Positions 25,838 through 38,674 of a DNA stretch of 64,000 nt are shown piece after piece (position 1 is the first letter of the stretch; every line of letters starts with the position of its first letter). The notes under the pieces are model-generated. The model had not been told where the DNA came from. It worked only from the letters and a program-made list of their open reading frames with translations, and searched no databases. The stretch comes from Octopus vulgaris. Taxonomy: Eukaryota. The translations under genes and the position numbers were made by a program. The DNA lies in contig OX597824.1 of NCBI GenBank assembly GCA_951406725.2, positions 99,014,001 to 99,078,000 on the forward strand. Direction: 5' to 3'.

Positions 25838-27097
25838 TTGGGTTGGCAACTAAGTTCTCGACGTCTTTTAAATTTAAATTTTTTTAAAGGTTTAATAAAA
25901 AAAAACAACTAATAACCAATAATGTTTTCACCCTTGTTGTTTACAACTTCTTCCCAATGTTCAACAAGATTTTCAATACTTTGTTGGTAGAAATCACCTG
26001 ATTTTGCCTCGAAAAATTGATCCAACCAAGCTTTCAATTCTGCATCAGTATTGAAAGAAACTCCGTGCATGGCATTTGAAAGAGATTGAAAGAGGTAGAA
26101 ATCCATTGGTGCCAAATCAGGAGGCAGCACTTCCCAGCAATGTGTTTGAATGGTTTCCTTGGCCATATTGGCGATTTGAGGGGGGGGGGGCGTTGTCATG
26201 CACCAGAAGAACTCCATGCTGCCAATTAGGTCTTTTCTCTTGAATAGCCATGTTGAGTTGTTCCATCTATTGAACATAAAGTTCTGCATTGACCATTTGG
26301 TTCCATTCAAGCAATTCGTAATGGATAATCCCTTCCCAGTTCCACCATACACACAACATAGTTTTATGCGGATGAAGATCTTGTTTCACGCGCAGTTTCA
26401 CTTGTTTACTGGGGCCAAGCCATTCCTTACACTACTTCATGTTGATGTACAGGCACCATTTTTCGTCGCCAGTAATGATTTGGTAAAGAAATCATTGCTT
26501 ATGTCCATGAGTTGAGCTGTGATGAGCAAGCAAACCAGCAGAGATTGTGGCTCGTTGATTTTTGTTGTTGTCACTTAAAGCATATGGAACCCATGCTCCA
26601 TACTTCTGAACCTTTCCCATCGAGTGAAGATGCTTCTCTATGGCAGTGTGGGAGCATTTCATTTTCTCTGCCAGTTCCCTTGTCGTTTGACAAGAATTTT
26701 TGTGCAAAAGTTGGTTTAATCGATCTTCCTTAAACACAACAGGATGGCCAGAATGAAGTGCGTCTTTGAGGTCAAAATTTCCATTTTTGAACTTGGCATA
26801 CCAATTACAAGCAGTTCTTTCACCTATGGCACCTTCACCATACACAGTTCAAATGTCGTGAGCAGGTTTTGTGGCCTTAGAACCTTGATTAAAAGCAAAA
26901 AGGAGGTGTCAAAAATGCTCATTTTTCTTAACTTGACATTCCATTTTAATGATCTGAAAATAAACAAAAATTAACTAAAATTAACTAGAAAAAAACAAAA
27001 CAACAAAACAGATTCCAAAATGATTCAAAAATAGAATTCTTGTAAAAAAATAAATTCCAAAATTTAAAAAAAGGCAGGAACTTAGTTGCCAACCCAA
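25838..27097 (-). mobile_element. Full-length (1260 bp) mariner, mellifera-like; transposase pseudogene (ATG 26944, stop 25909)
   Basis: TA-flanked TIRs TTGGGTTGGCAACTAAGTTC. MECQVKKNEH..VYGEGAIGERT..WVPYALS..PDLAPMDFYLF. Frameshifts and stops. Confidence 0.95.
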
Positions 27098-27159
27098 TAT
27101 ATATATGTATGTTTATATATATATATATATCGTTTAACGTCCGTTTTCCGCGCTATATC

Positions 27160-28197
27160 ATCATCATCATCATCATCGTTTAGCGTCCGTTTTCCATGCT
27201 AGCATGGGTTGGACGGTTCTACTGGGGTCTGTGAAGCCAGAAGGCTTCATCAGGCCCAGTCAAATCTGGCAGTGTTTCTACGGCTGGATGCCCTTCCTAA
27301 CGCCAACCACTCAGTGAGTGTAGTGGGTGCTTTTTACGTGCCACCCGCACTGGTGCCAGACAGAGCTGGCAAACGGCCACGAACGGATGGTGCTTTTTAT
27401 GCACGAGGGCCAGGCGAGGCTGGCAACGGACACGAAACGGGGCGGTGCTGGCAACGGTCGTGAAACGGAAAGTTCTCTTACATGCCACCGGCACTGGTAA
27501 CACATCTGCAATTTCCATTGATCGATTTCCATTGATCGATTTCCATTGATCGATTTCGATTCTGATCCTCACTTGCCTCAACGGGTCTTCACAAGCAGAG
27601 TTTTGACATGCCACCGGCACTGGTAGCACATCCGCAATTTCCATTGATCGATTTCGATTCTGATCCTCACTTGCCTCAACACGTCTTCACAAGTAGAGTT
27701 TTGTGTCCCAAGAAGGGAAGGTATGCATACGTAGGCCGGCTCCATCCCATGTAGAAGGCCACGGGTTATGGACTCACTTGTCCTGCCGGGTCTTCTCGCG
27801 CACAGCACACTTCCAGATATATGTGTGTGTGTGTGTGTGTGTGAACATCGAAACAAATATCAATGGAAATAGTAGTTGTGATACCTGTGTCAGTGGCACG
27901 TAAAAAGCACCATCCGAACGTGGCCAATGCCAGCGCCGCCTTGGCTGGCTTCCGTGCCGGTGGCACGTTAAAAGCACCAACCGACCGTGGCTGATGCCAG
28001 ACCCCCCCTGGCACCTGTGCAGGTGGCACGTAAAAAGCACTCACTACACTCGCGGAGTGGTTGGCGTTAGGAAGGGCATCCAGCTGTAGAAACACTGCCA
28101 GATCAGACTGGAGCCTGGTGCAGCCCTGGCTTCCCAGACCCCGGTCGAACTGTCCAATCCATGCTAGCGCGGAAAACGGACGTTAAACGATGATGAT
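27160..28197. mobile_element. Two young RTE-related non-autonomous copies in opposite orientation (27160-27815 and 27845-28197)
   Basis: CpG-rich copies of the 16950 family. Internal tandem ATTTCCATTGATCG x3 and a duplication of about 95 bp. Confidence 0.85.
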
Positions 28198-28228
28198 ATA
28201 TATACATATATAGACATACATATATATA

Positions 28229-28325
28229 TTGGGTTGGCAACTAAGTTCCTGCCTTTTTTTAAATTTTGGAATTTATTTTTTTACAAGAATTCTATTTTTG
28301 AATCATTTTGGAATCTGTTTTGTTG

Positions 28326-28365
<40 letters not shown>

Positions 28366-28417
28366 CACATATATATACTTGGATTTACTGGATATCAGAT
28401 AGAAATTGCCAACCCAA
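28229..28417 (+). mobile_element. Internally deleted derivative of the adjacent mariner
   Basis: 28229-28326 is the reverse complement of 27000-27097; partial right TIR TTGCCAACCCAA ends at 28417. Confidence 0.8.
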
Positions 28418-28513
28418 CATATATATGTATGTTTATATATATATATCATCATCATCGTTTAACGTCCGTTTTCCATGCTAGTATGGGTTGGACAGTTCAA
28501 CCGGGGTTGGGAA

Positions 28514-28549
<36 letters not shown>

Positions 28550-28552
28550 CAC

Positions 28553-29120
28553 ATACCAGATGGAAATGGATTACCCTCTTTCATTCCTCCAAACACCCTG
28601 GTTGTAATCCTGGTTTGGAGATGGACTCTCCTCTTTCATTGGGTGCTAACCATTGTAGTTTTCATTGAATGTAATTATAGAGAACCCACTTTTCATTACT
28701 TGTGATGATTCTACTCAGAAAATGCTCAGCAGTGAGCAGGAAGCAACTCTTTGATTAAGATGAGAAGCAATCAGGACATAATGACCAAGTTTAGTCACTT
28801 TTCTCAGTTCACAAAATTGTTTTATGACTGAAGTGTGACTTGAATTGAACTGTTTTGCTAATTCTTGTGCAGTTTGCTTTGGATTTGCCACAGAAGCACA
28901 TTATTGATGGAACTTTGTCACCGAGATTGAAAGGAATGTGCAAGAGAAAAATTTCCGGAGTGAAACTGGCCAAATCCTTGTTGGTTTGTCCAGATTCTTA
29001 AAGCTTTATTTCTGTAGACAAAACAAATATTTCTCACTGATCCCATTGCTGAAGAGCTCCTTTTGAATTCATACACCTTGCACTTTTGGATAGGGGTCTA
29101 ACATAAACTCATTTTAAAAA
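28553..29120 (-). mobile_element. Mariner transposase fragment
   Basis: FLSRIITSNEKWVLYN..QWLAPNE..KPGLQP. Confidence 0.75.
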
Positions 29121-29183
29121 GGGTAAATTTGATGTGAAGTTAACCACTATGGCTCAAATAATGTGTATGTGTGTGTGTGCGTG

Positions 29184-29249
<66 letters not shown>

Positions 29250-29299
29250 TGTGCGTGTGTGCTTGCATGCACATCTGTGTACTTGCATACTCGTATGTA

Positions 29300-29980
29300 T
29301 GCTGCATTTTTAATCCTTTGAAATCTTCCTTAACAAAACCAATGTCGTTGAATTTGAGAAAAGTTTTGAACATTTTTCTGTTCCATTTATAGTTTGTATT
29401 TGTACTGTATAGATTAGCTGGTTGATTTCTTTTCTCCAGTTAATCCTAGCTTATCCAGATTGTCAGTTAGGCATTTACTCAGAAATCCAAGTGCACCAAT
29501 TATCAATGGTCTAAATAGCAATTTAGAATCTGGATATAGAACCTGGAAGTTGTCCATTGTTGTCCTTTTTCACTTTGGTTTTCAAGACAACAGACCTCTG
29601 TGATGGTACATACTTTTTCACGTCTGTCCCAAGCAATAATATCAGATCTGCTATGTTTATAGTTGACAGAAGTTTCAACGGAGATGTTCTAATACTATTC
29701 CTTGTGTTGATGTTTGTGGATGTACCAATAACAGTAGGGTTCTCTATATTTGTTCCAGGACAGTCTTTTCTTTTTTTTTTTTGATAGCATTGTATATTGT
29801 TTTTTGACAATGTCTTGTGGCATAGGGAGGTAGTTCTTGATGACACCTTTGGGCAGTTACCAATTATGTGTGATGTCTTCCACAAAAATGTCACATAATT
29901 GACACTTTAGGTTGCATCTTAAGGCTGCAAGTGTGTTGCTGTCTTCGTTTATGAGGCCCTTTCAAGTCATCTCCAATGTA
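29300..29980 (-). mobile_element. RLE-bearing (R4/NeSL-like) non-LTR 3' end
   Basis: CCHC remnant (SHIIGNCPKVSSR), KHSRSDIIAWD, IIGALGF, KTFLKF. Confidence 0.7.
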
Positions 29981-29982
29981 AG

Positions 29983-30200
29983 TGGAGGTGCGTGACTTGG
30001 AGGTTAGGGGTGTTGGATTCATGATTTTAAGACTGTGGTTTCGATCCCTAGACTGGGCAACATGTGTTCTTGAGCAGAACACTTCATTTCGCATTGCTCC
30101 AGTCCACTCAGCTGGCAAAAATATGATGGACCAGCATCCCATACAGATGGGGAATATGTCTGCCATGAAACTAGAAAATCAGCCCTTTAAATCACAGAAG
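29983..30200 (+). mobile_element. CORE-type tRNA SINE
   Basis: Same family as the copy at 10695. Confidence 0.75.
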
Positions 30201-30978
30201 GTAACTTCACAGGTTTGTATGCTTTGTTCTCCCCCCCCCCCTATAGCTTTTGTTAAAAGTTCTTCCTCCTCCCATCACCTTCTTTCATACAACTCTATAT
30301 CTATTATATTGTGCACTGTTCTTCTTCTTTCTCTTTTTCATACTAACTCTTCCTGCCTCTCCCCTTCCTCTCCCTCCTTCATTAGAATCTCTTTCTTTCA
30401 CATTTCCTTCTGCCATCACTCTTTCATTTCTTCTCTTTCTTCCTCCCTTATTTACTTTCTCCTCTTTCCTTTCATTACTTCTTTCCTATTTCTTTTTCTC
30501 TTTTTTCCTTTGCTATTTTTTTTATTAAGAAAAGCTGCCACAATATATTCTCACTTTTGTGAAATTTTGTACAAAGTTAAACACCAAAAATACATCACAT
30601 GACCAGTGTGTATGTGTGCAACTGCTAATTAAATCGATCACAGTAATTGATGGTATATTTTATCGATCCCAAAAGCATACAAGTTAATGAAATCCAGGGT
30701 TGGTTAAAAATCTCTGAGGTTGTCCATGCTGTAATATCGGAGTTAGCTCCCTTACATCGTTCCCCATCAATTTCTGGTTTTCGGCCGCGAAACCTTTTTC
30801 CTTTCAAAAGAAATGAAAAAAAGGAAAAGACAAAGAAAACTGACGGATATTGGCAGTCTCTCTCATCTCGAACAGAAATCAATCATCTCATCTTATTATT
30901 TTCTTTTATTGTAATTTATGTTTCAATTAACAAAATTAGATTTTATACACAACCATCCATCTAACATTAAAAAAATGT

Positions 30979-31081
<103 letters not shown>

Positions 31082-31285
31082 AATAGAGTTAAACGCGGGT
31101 GTTCATTCAAATCTTTATGCTTCGAAAGCTTTCCCTCAACCCCGGAATTTCTACCTTTATTATTAGGCTTTTACATCCTTGGGACTTGTGTGAATTTTTG
31201 CTTCCCTATTTAGTTATTTATTCCGGGTTATTTGTAAACATTGAAAAATACACACACATTTATATATATACACACACGCATACTA

Positions 31286-31542
31286 GGTACTACTAGCGAA
31301 CAGTGGTCCCGGCACGCGCACTCGCGCTAACTAGTCGTAATTAGTCGATCCTACAACGAGTTGCGCCTATGTTTGTCTTTCAAGGCTGAATTCATATCAA
31401 AGAAAATTAGATAATATTTTTCGAACAAAGTAAATAAATTATTTTTTAAAACAAACTAAGGTTAGGTTTAGGGTTAAAAAGGCGATGTAAGATCGACTGC
31501 TTACGAGTGCGCGCACCGGGACCACTGTTCGCTAGTCGTACC
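31286..31542. mobile_element. MITE with about 39-bp TIRs and 9-bp TSD (Merlin- or Mutator-like)
   Basis: TIR GGTACTACTAGCGAACAGTGGTCCCGG..GCGCACTCG and its reverse complement. TSD CGCATACTA at 31277-31285 and 31543-31551. Confidence 0.92.
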
Positions 31543-31861
31543 CGCATACTATTGCACGTATTTAATGCTGGTCATGGATGCATTGTACCAGTGAAGATAT
31601 ATATGTATGTACCATAAAACCGAATGAAGTTTTCTTGCGGGAGAACATCAGAAGGTCACAGTTCTGTTATCTTACGAGGTGTTATAAACCCAAACTGGAA
31701 CATCAAAGTTTTAAAAGGTTTTAATCGACTAAAAATACAGCAATCTATAATACAAACAAAGATTGCTAAATTGACAGCCAAACCAAACTTCAACGCAGCA
31801 ACATTTCTCCTGCAGTCGACGTTTTTCCATTCCCGAATTCATTAAAAGTCGAAGCTGAAAA

Positions 31862-31964
31862 ATGTCGTCTGCAAAGCCAACTCGGCGCAGGCGCAGTGAA
31901 GGCAGAACCACGAGCAATGGCGCTGAATTCAAAGTCCCCCAAAAAAACATCTGAAAGGAATCCG
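31862..31964 (+). CDS. Candidate first coding exon of an unidentified gene
   Basis: AAAAATGTCG start context at 31862 and a second ATG at 31917 (MALNSKSPKKTSERNP, phase 0), ending at a consensus GTAAGT donor. No homology recognised. Confidence 0.3.
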
Positions 31965-32844
31965 GTAAGTCTACAACCAAAGCTTCAATTCTTTCTGTCT
32001 TTTTAAAGTTCTTTTAGTTGTGAATAAGTAATTCCTTCATGGAATCTGATGTTTCTGTATAAAGATTATCTCCAAGCCTTGCTCCCAATGCAATGGTTTC
32101 AACCAATTCAGAACATTGGAGCCTGAATAACATCCAAGACTCAGACATGAAATACCTTTTTTAAAGTTTGTAACTAGTTGTGTCGTCTTTCGTTTCCATC
32201 CGTCTACAATATTATCAATCGTATTTTTGTTAATAAACCTTCATGACACACCTTTGTTTATTCGTTAGAAACATTTGATGAAGTTGGAAACATTTCTTCC
32301 AATTCTAATAACCGAATGGTGTCAATATTTAAAACCAAATCGATTACCAAGTGTGAACCTCCTACCTGTTGGGCCTCCCCACTGGACCCTTTTCTTGAAG
32401 CATAACTGTGAAGGGCTTATATTTAGCTTTCCCTTTTTCATACTGGGACACTGTATTCCTCACAGAAAGAGTTATTAGGGGCTTCGCATGTGGAAAGACT
32501 TCTCTTTGTACCTCCATAAATGTTACGCAGAAAATTGATTTCCTACGAAGGGTTTCCGAAGAGAAATGCTGTCGATGGCACTTGGCCGCGTGGTTGCTTC
32601 GTTTAAACTGATTCTGACTGGGGAATGACTGGTTCGACATTTTTGGCGATGCTTGAAGGTTTAAAGGTACGACTAATAATAAGGGTAATAAATTGCACAG
32701 TTTTTTAAAAGTTTTCATGGAATCCAAAAGAATAATTCAGTGTGAGGACACACAAACCGATGGATGAGAGTCTCTCCCTTGTAGCATATTGCGAAGGTGG
32801 AGGAAATACTCTTCTTGCATTTAAATTTGATAATATAAAGATGC

Positions 32845-33200
32845 AAATCGGGAAGACTTCCTTTTGGACAGCGCCATAAAATTTTTAAAGGAAAATTGAT
32901 TCGCTACAATGTGTTATAAAGTCATAGAAATCGAGAATTTCTATTAATAAAACTTCATTTCTCTACGATGTATAATCAAATCCCAATTTACTTAATGTTA
33001 AGGCCTTAATTGCCTAACTCAATGAACTTTACATAACCCTGGGACATGAATATGCATAATACAGAAATTAATTTTTTTAAAAAAAGAAATGTTTAATTTT
33101 TATGAATTTCTCATCGTTCTTATTATATGTTAAGAAATCAATTTTCCGCCTTGTGTAATATTTATGGCGGTGGAAGGACAAAAAGAAGTCTTTCCCCATT
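32845..33200. mobile_element. Old MITE-like imperfect inverted repeat
   Basis: GGGAAGACTTC..CGCCATAAA..GGAAAATTGATT mirrored by AATCAATTTTCC..TTTATGGCG..GAAGTCTTTCCC. Confidence 0.55.
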
Positions 33201-35011
33201 GGATTTCACCTTTTAACTTCGGATGGCCGTCATCCTTTCTCTACCATTAAGTTTAACTTCTTATATGTTTCTGATATTGGGAACTTTCCCTGATAGGTTG
33301 GTGTTTGTTTACAGATATATTGGCTGCGTCTTTTTCTCAAGGAAACATTGAAGCTACCTTTAATGTATGTAAACTCATGAGAATTAACGAAACAGTATTA
33401 AAAAATCTGGCCCCCACTTGCTAAATGAAACCTGTAAACAAGAGGCACCTACTTGCCTCAAAAATATTTCCAAAAACTTTTGGTCCCAACAAAATTCTCA
33501 TTAAAATTACTTTTTTTTTTTTTAATGAGAATACAGAACAAAGCTTGCATCAATATAATTCTTCTTTCTTCTCCATATGAGCAATAGATAAGTTTAAATA
33601 TTGAAAATCATTTTAATTTTAACTTTGCTATTTGTCTACTCTATTTTTTATCCTCGCTTGTCAGGGCCTGGCTCCCGCCAATAAGAAAGACTGATCTGAT
33701 TGAAAGTCAAAGTTTTACTTTTTCATGGATCCATGTAGTATTTTTCATAATAGATACAGAGTTACAAAGAGAGGCCATAGAATAGAACTGCCGTCATTGT
33801 GTGGTAGGAAATAATCGAGACGAAATATACCGAGTTACCTCCCTTTAAACCCTATCTCTCACTTTATATTTTTCCGACGTAAAATAAATCAGTTACCAAT
33901 ATATTGTGCTTGGTTCAACCAATTCCGTCCTCCTAAATTCCTAAGAGTGGTGAACTTCTGAAAGACATGGCTAAAACATCCAGCTGTATGGTTTGGGTTT
34001 ACATGAATTCCAGTTGGACTGCATTATACAAGTTGTTGTTTGGCCTGAAGTCAACTTTGCTCCAGAAGATCTATGACCAAAGGCAGTCTAGCCATGACCA
34101 TCCAATCTTTTATCCAAACAGTATATCTAAAACTACATTATCCATTGTGACCTTCACTTTATAAAATGTGGTAGACATTTGACTGGCATTTTTAACAGGT
34201 TGAGAAACTGTTTAGAGGTTTCTTGACTGGCTGGTCTTGGAGTTGGCAGATTTAGGCCGTTGTTAGAGCTTACTTGGTAGATTAAGACAACTGACGTGTG
34301 TCACGATGTGGTTGTAGTTAACATTTCTTACTGGATGGACACTGTTGACATCTGGCACGTGATGGACACAGTTGACATCTGTCATTTGTTGGCCGCAGTT
34401 GACTGTAACGTTCATTCATTGCGGGTTGGTCATTTTTTAACCATGAAATAGATATCATGGGGATGGTGAAGTGTACCAGTGACTTATATAAAGGAAATCA
34501 GAGCTCAACCATCGGCTGTGATAGAGATGCATTATGAGGATAGTAACGTATAGCATGGCCCAGTTTTCTAGATGTTGTGGAGGAAAGGTAACTCAGACAA
34601 CGTGTGTGGCAATGACCATCTGTATGACCGACTGTGATAGAGGACATTATATGGAGGTTCGAGAGTAAGGCAAGTGAACAGGCAGAAGCGGACAAAATAC
34701 TTAACGGCATTTCGTCCGCCTTTTCGTTCAGAGTTCAGATTCCGCCAAGGTTGATTTTGCCTTTCATCCTTTCGGGGTCGATAAATGAAGTACTATTTGA
34801 AGACCGGGAGGGGGGGGCGTCGATGTAATCAGCTTAACCCCTCCCACGAAATTGCTGGCCTTGTGTCAAAATTTGAAACCAATATTTGAAGGGAGATAAG
34901 ACGTTTCTTAAAGGGAGACAATCTCTAAAAGGAGACCTAATAATCTCCATTTCTCTGCAGAAGAGGGTGAGGAATGGCAACGGGGGAGACATTTTAATTT
35001 GACTAACAGGG

Positions 35012-35300
35012 AAGGCAGGTGGCTTAGTGGTTAGGGTATTTGGATCACGACCATAAGTTCGTGAGTTTGATGCCCGGCAGTGCATTGTTTCCTTGAGCGA
35101 GATACTTTATTTTACGTGGCTCCAGTCCACTCAGCTGGCAAAAATGAGGTGATCCTGTATTTCAAAGGGCCGGCCTTGTCACACTCTGTGTCACACTGAA
35201 TCTCCCTGAGAACTACTTTAAGGGTACGCATGTCTGTGGAGTACTCAGCCACTTGCAGATCAACAGGAACCCTCGTCCTCATAACTGACAGAGTGTTAAT
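35012..35300 (+). mobile_element. CORE-type tRNA SINE
   Basis: GGCTTAGTGGTTAGG head; CCTTGAGCGAGATACTTTA core. Confidence 0.75.
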
Positions 35301-35389
35301 AACTGTGGGACAATCAGTGAAGACAAGATGTATTCAGTATTTCTTGATTTTCTCTATATACACTTTCATAAAAAATTAAAGTTATTTAG

Positions 35390-36204
35390 CCTGGAGAAAA
35401 GAAACATAGATTTGGGTATTGGCTACCTACTTAGGAATTAAGAGACGAACCTCCATTGTGTTGTTAATGCCAGAGAGTCTGTGCTAGAAATAGATATTGC
35501 TACTTCAATTGTTGATGATGCAATGAAATATCTTTACCAGAAATTGGGATTTGTTTAGAGGATTCCAACCCAATCAGCATTTACCATTTATGAATTATTT
35601 GAATAATATCAACGACCAAACGACACAAGCCAGTGACCATCTCATCCGATTTCTGTTGCAAGACATAAAGACTATAAAATAACTTTATCAGAATCTATAA
35701 TCATGTATCAGATATTGCAAAGTGTAAAGGCGGCGAGCTGGCAGAATCGTTAGCACGCCGGGTGAAATGCTTAGCGGTATTTCATCTGCCTTACGTTCTG
35801 AGTTCAAATTCCACCGAGGTCGACTTTGCCTTTCATCCGTTCGGGGTCGATAAATTAAGTACCAGTTACACACTGGGGTCGATGTAATCGACTTAATACC
35901 TTTGTTTGTCCTCTCTATGTTTAGCCCCTTGTGGGTAATAAAGAAATAGATATTGTAATGTGTAAAGTTGTCCCTGCAGATTGGACAATTTATCAAAGCT
36001 ATCGTGGATGAATTTTAAGTGGTATGTTATGTCAAAACAAGAAAATATGAGTTGACATACACTGAATGCTTCATCAAAATCGAAAATTCCACTGAGAGTT
36101 GTAGCAAAGTTGGATGTTATTTAATAACTAAAGTGGTGTACAGGAATTTGAAACCAAACTGGAAACTTTGAATAAAGTGTATTATTGTTCCTGGTCACAC
36201 AAAC

Positions 36205-36242
<38 letters not shown>

Positions 36243-36400
36243 ACTGTCAAAGTAGAAAAGGAAATCTCATCAGACTGGATAGCAAGACTTGTAATTCTTA
36301 TGTCTGTGGCTTCAGCTTCTACTGGGTTAAGGATTGTCCATTTGCTGAGGGTACTAAGAGTGGTCATGAAGCGTGGGGACAAGTGATATTGAAGCCAACA
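35390..36400 (+). mobile_element. Copia (GalEa-like) gag relic, interrupted by a SINE and a 200-bp duplication
   Basis: WRKET*IW..ARESVLEIDI..DDAMKYLYQKL..QSAFTIYELFE*YQRP, then IVDEF..KTRKYELT, then a zinc-knuckle remnant VCGFSFYWVKDCP. Confidence 0.7.
35730..35947 (+). mobile_element. Well-preserved Meta-core tRNA SINE
   Basis: Intact head, core and AATAAAGAAAT tail; imperfect 20-bp TSD AGATATTGYAAWGTGTAAAG. Confidence 0.9.
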
Positions 36401-36584
36401 CCACTCTCAGAAAGAGGGGAAACAAAACCATCATTTGATAATTTAAATAATAACCAATTTCTTAATAACTATGCCCCCCCCGCTACATCTCACCCATTTC
36501 TCCATTTCCAACGTCTTTCTTTGTGTCTGGCGATGATTGTCTCCCTTTAACTATGAATAAATTTCTTTGTTACTTGCATTTTCA

Positions 36585-36945
36585 TTTCATTTCATTTCAT
36601 TTGAGTTTGAGTCCATGCTCAGGCCAAGTCGAGGACTCCACCCTCAGAGTCTGGTGTGGTTGCCAGGTTGTATTCTCTGTTTAATTTTGACATGTGTAGG
36701 AGCGAGTTTGAGTCAGTTTGTGCTCGTTGTGTATATCCTGGGAGATGGGGTTCATCTCTAATGGTTCTTAAGTATCTATCCAGCTGCAATTTGAATGATT
36801 CCACACTGCATCCTGATAGATTTCTGACGTGTACCGGTGGCATGGTGGCAATTGTAATAATTCTTCTGAGTAGAGACTGTAATACTGGAGATGTCGATGG
36901 AAACAGTGGAATGGAAATGTTTGCAAAGAGTCTGCCGTACATGTT
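36585..36945 (-). mobile_element. CR1-type LINE 3' end
   Basis: VRNLSGCSVESFKLQLDRYLRTIRDEPHLPGY..SNSLLHM followed by a (GAAAT)n tail. Confidence 0.75.
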
Positions 36946-37089
36946 GCTGTAGTACTATTTTTAGCCGACTTGCTTGGGTAGGTATGTAACAAACACCTTG
37001 AATGATTTCATCTCAATCTTTGGTTTTGTCAGAGATGAGTTTAATCAGTGTAGCCTTGAGTGTCGGATTCGTATATGCTCTTTGATCCT

Positions 37090-37650
37090 TCAAATGCAAG
37101 CTGTTTGTTTATCTGATGCTATACATTCAAAATGTTACTTAAAATTAAATTAACTTAAAATCTGCAATATGCAATAATTTTTGCTTTTATTTTGATTTTT
37201 TTAGCAATTTTTATTTTGTAATTTTTCCTAAAGGTTCCAATTTATTTTTTCACTTCTCTGTTTAATTTCAATTATTGCTGTTTCAAATTCCATTTGTGAA
37301 AAAAATTGTTTGAATAATCTCAAATATTTCCACCCCTTTTCATATTCCTTATCCATACCAATTTGAAGGTTGATAACCTCACTTATTTTCTTCTTGGTAA
37401 TTCTAAAATATTATTCCTTCCATGGGGTTTGAACTCATTTATTCTGATTCTAGTCACATAATACCACTCTACATCTCATTACTAAGCCTCTTAAATCTAT
37501 AAAATTTGCTTTTCTGAAATTATTGACAATTTTTCCTTTCTTCTCATTTAAATTAAAGTTAACACCAATTCTAATTACTCCATGATCTCCTTTTCCTACT
37601 GTTTATCCAATTTTTAAATTTGTAATTGTATTTTATCAAATACTTAATGC
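37090..37650 (-). mobile_element. Decayed CR1/L2-like endonuclease-linker fragment
   Basis: GDHGVIRIG..KANFIDLR..KPHG.. pattern. Confidence 0.45.
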
Positions 37651-38520
37651 TAAACCCAATATGATTCCTCCTGAGTTCTGTTATCTCTGAAAACTATAAG
37701 TGGACATGAGTGGAAAGCTGGTCCCTTTTATACTCTAGGTACCCCAGGCTATAAGACAGATCAGCTCATTTTAACCCCAGGTATAGTTTAGCAAGGGTTA
37801 ATATCTGCTATTACACTTGCATGATACCACTAGGTCCAGTTCTTCCATCCTCACAACTTTTTCCTTCTGGAATTTCCTCCCTACATATCTTTCACAATTT
37901 CAAGCTCACCAGAGTGAGAGGAATTGTGAAGATGATGGGCACTGTCCCTCCCTCTAGACCCAGGAAGTAAAAGAAATCTTTAAAAGGTGAAATAAGAAGG
38001 TGAGATCAAGATATCAAATTATCAATGGATGGAAAATGTCGTCTTCATGCTAAAACCCCCCCAAAAGCTATACAAGAACATCTTGGTAGCATTAACTGAG
38101 ATGAAAGATTATGCCTACAATACTCATTACAACAAGCTATTGTGTATATACACACCTTCACACACATACAAACACACACACACACACACACTCATGTTAG
38201 TGTAGGTTGTATAGGTTAACAAATCTCAGTGTTTCTCAAAGAAGGAAATTCTTTCTGTTGAGAGGAAAGCATAATCTTAAATATAAAAACAGTTTTTATG
38301 AGAGTCCCCAAAGAGTCACTCATCCAGCTAAAAATAGCTGTCAAATCTCTACCTCTGTTTTACTGGATAGACATACACTGAACGCTTCATCAAAATCGAA
38401 AACTCCACTGAGAGTTGTAGCAAAGTTGGATGTTGTTTAATAACTAAATTGGTGGACAGGAATTTGAAACCAAACTGGAAACTTTGAATAAAGTGTATTA
38501 TTGTTCCTGGTCACACAAAC

Positions 38521-38649
<129 letters not shown>

Positions 38650-38674
38650 CAAACTGTCAAAGTATTGCACTATT

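Noticed and set aside
29982-30602. Longest ORF in the track (206 aa)
   Set aside because: SINE head plus low-complexity pyrimidine tract; no protein-like features.
31780-31960. Minus-strand reading FFW..EFSAIARGSAFTAPAPSWLCRRHFS, faintly like a hAT dimerisation domain
   Set aside because: Needs a frameshift and lacks the ER.FS signature; too weak to call without a search.
35730-35815. tRNA-like A/B boxes
   Set aside because: These are SINE heads; no cloverleaf, and a SINE core follows.
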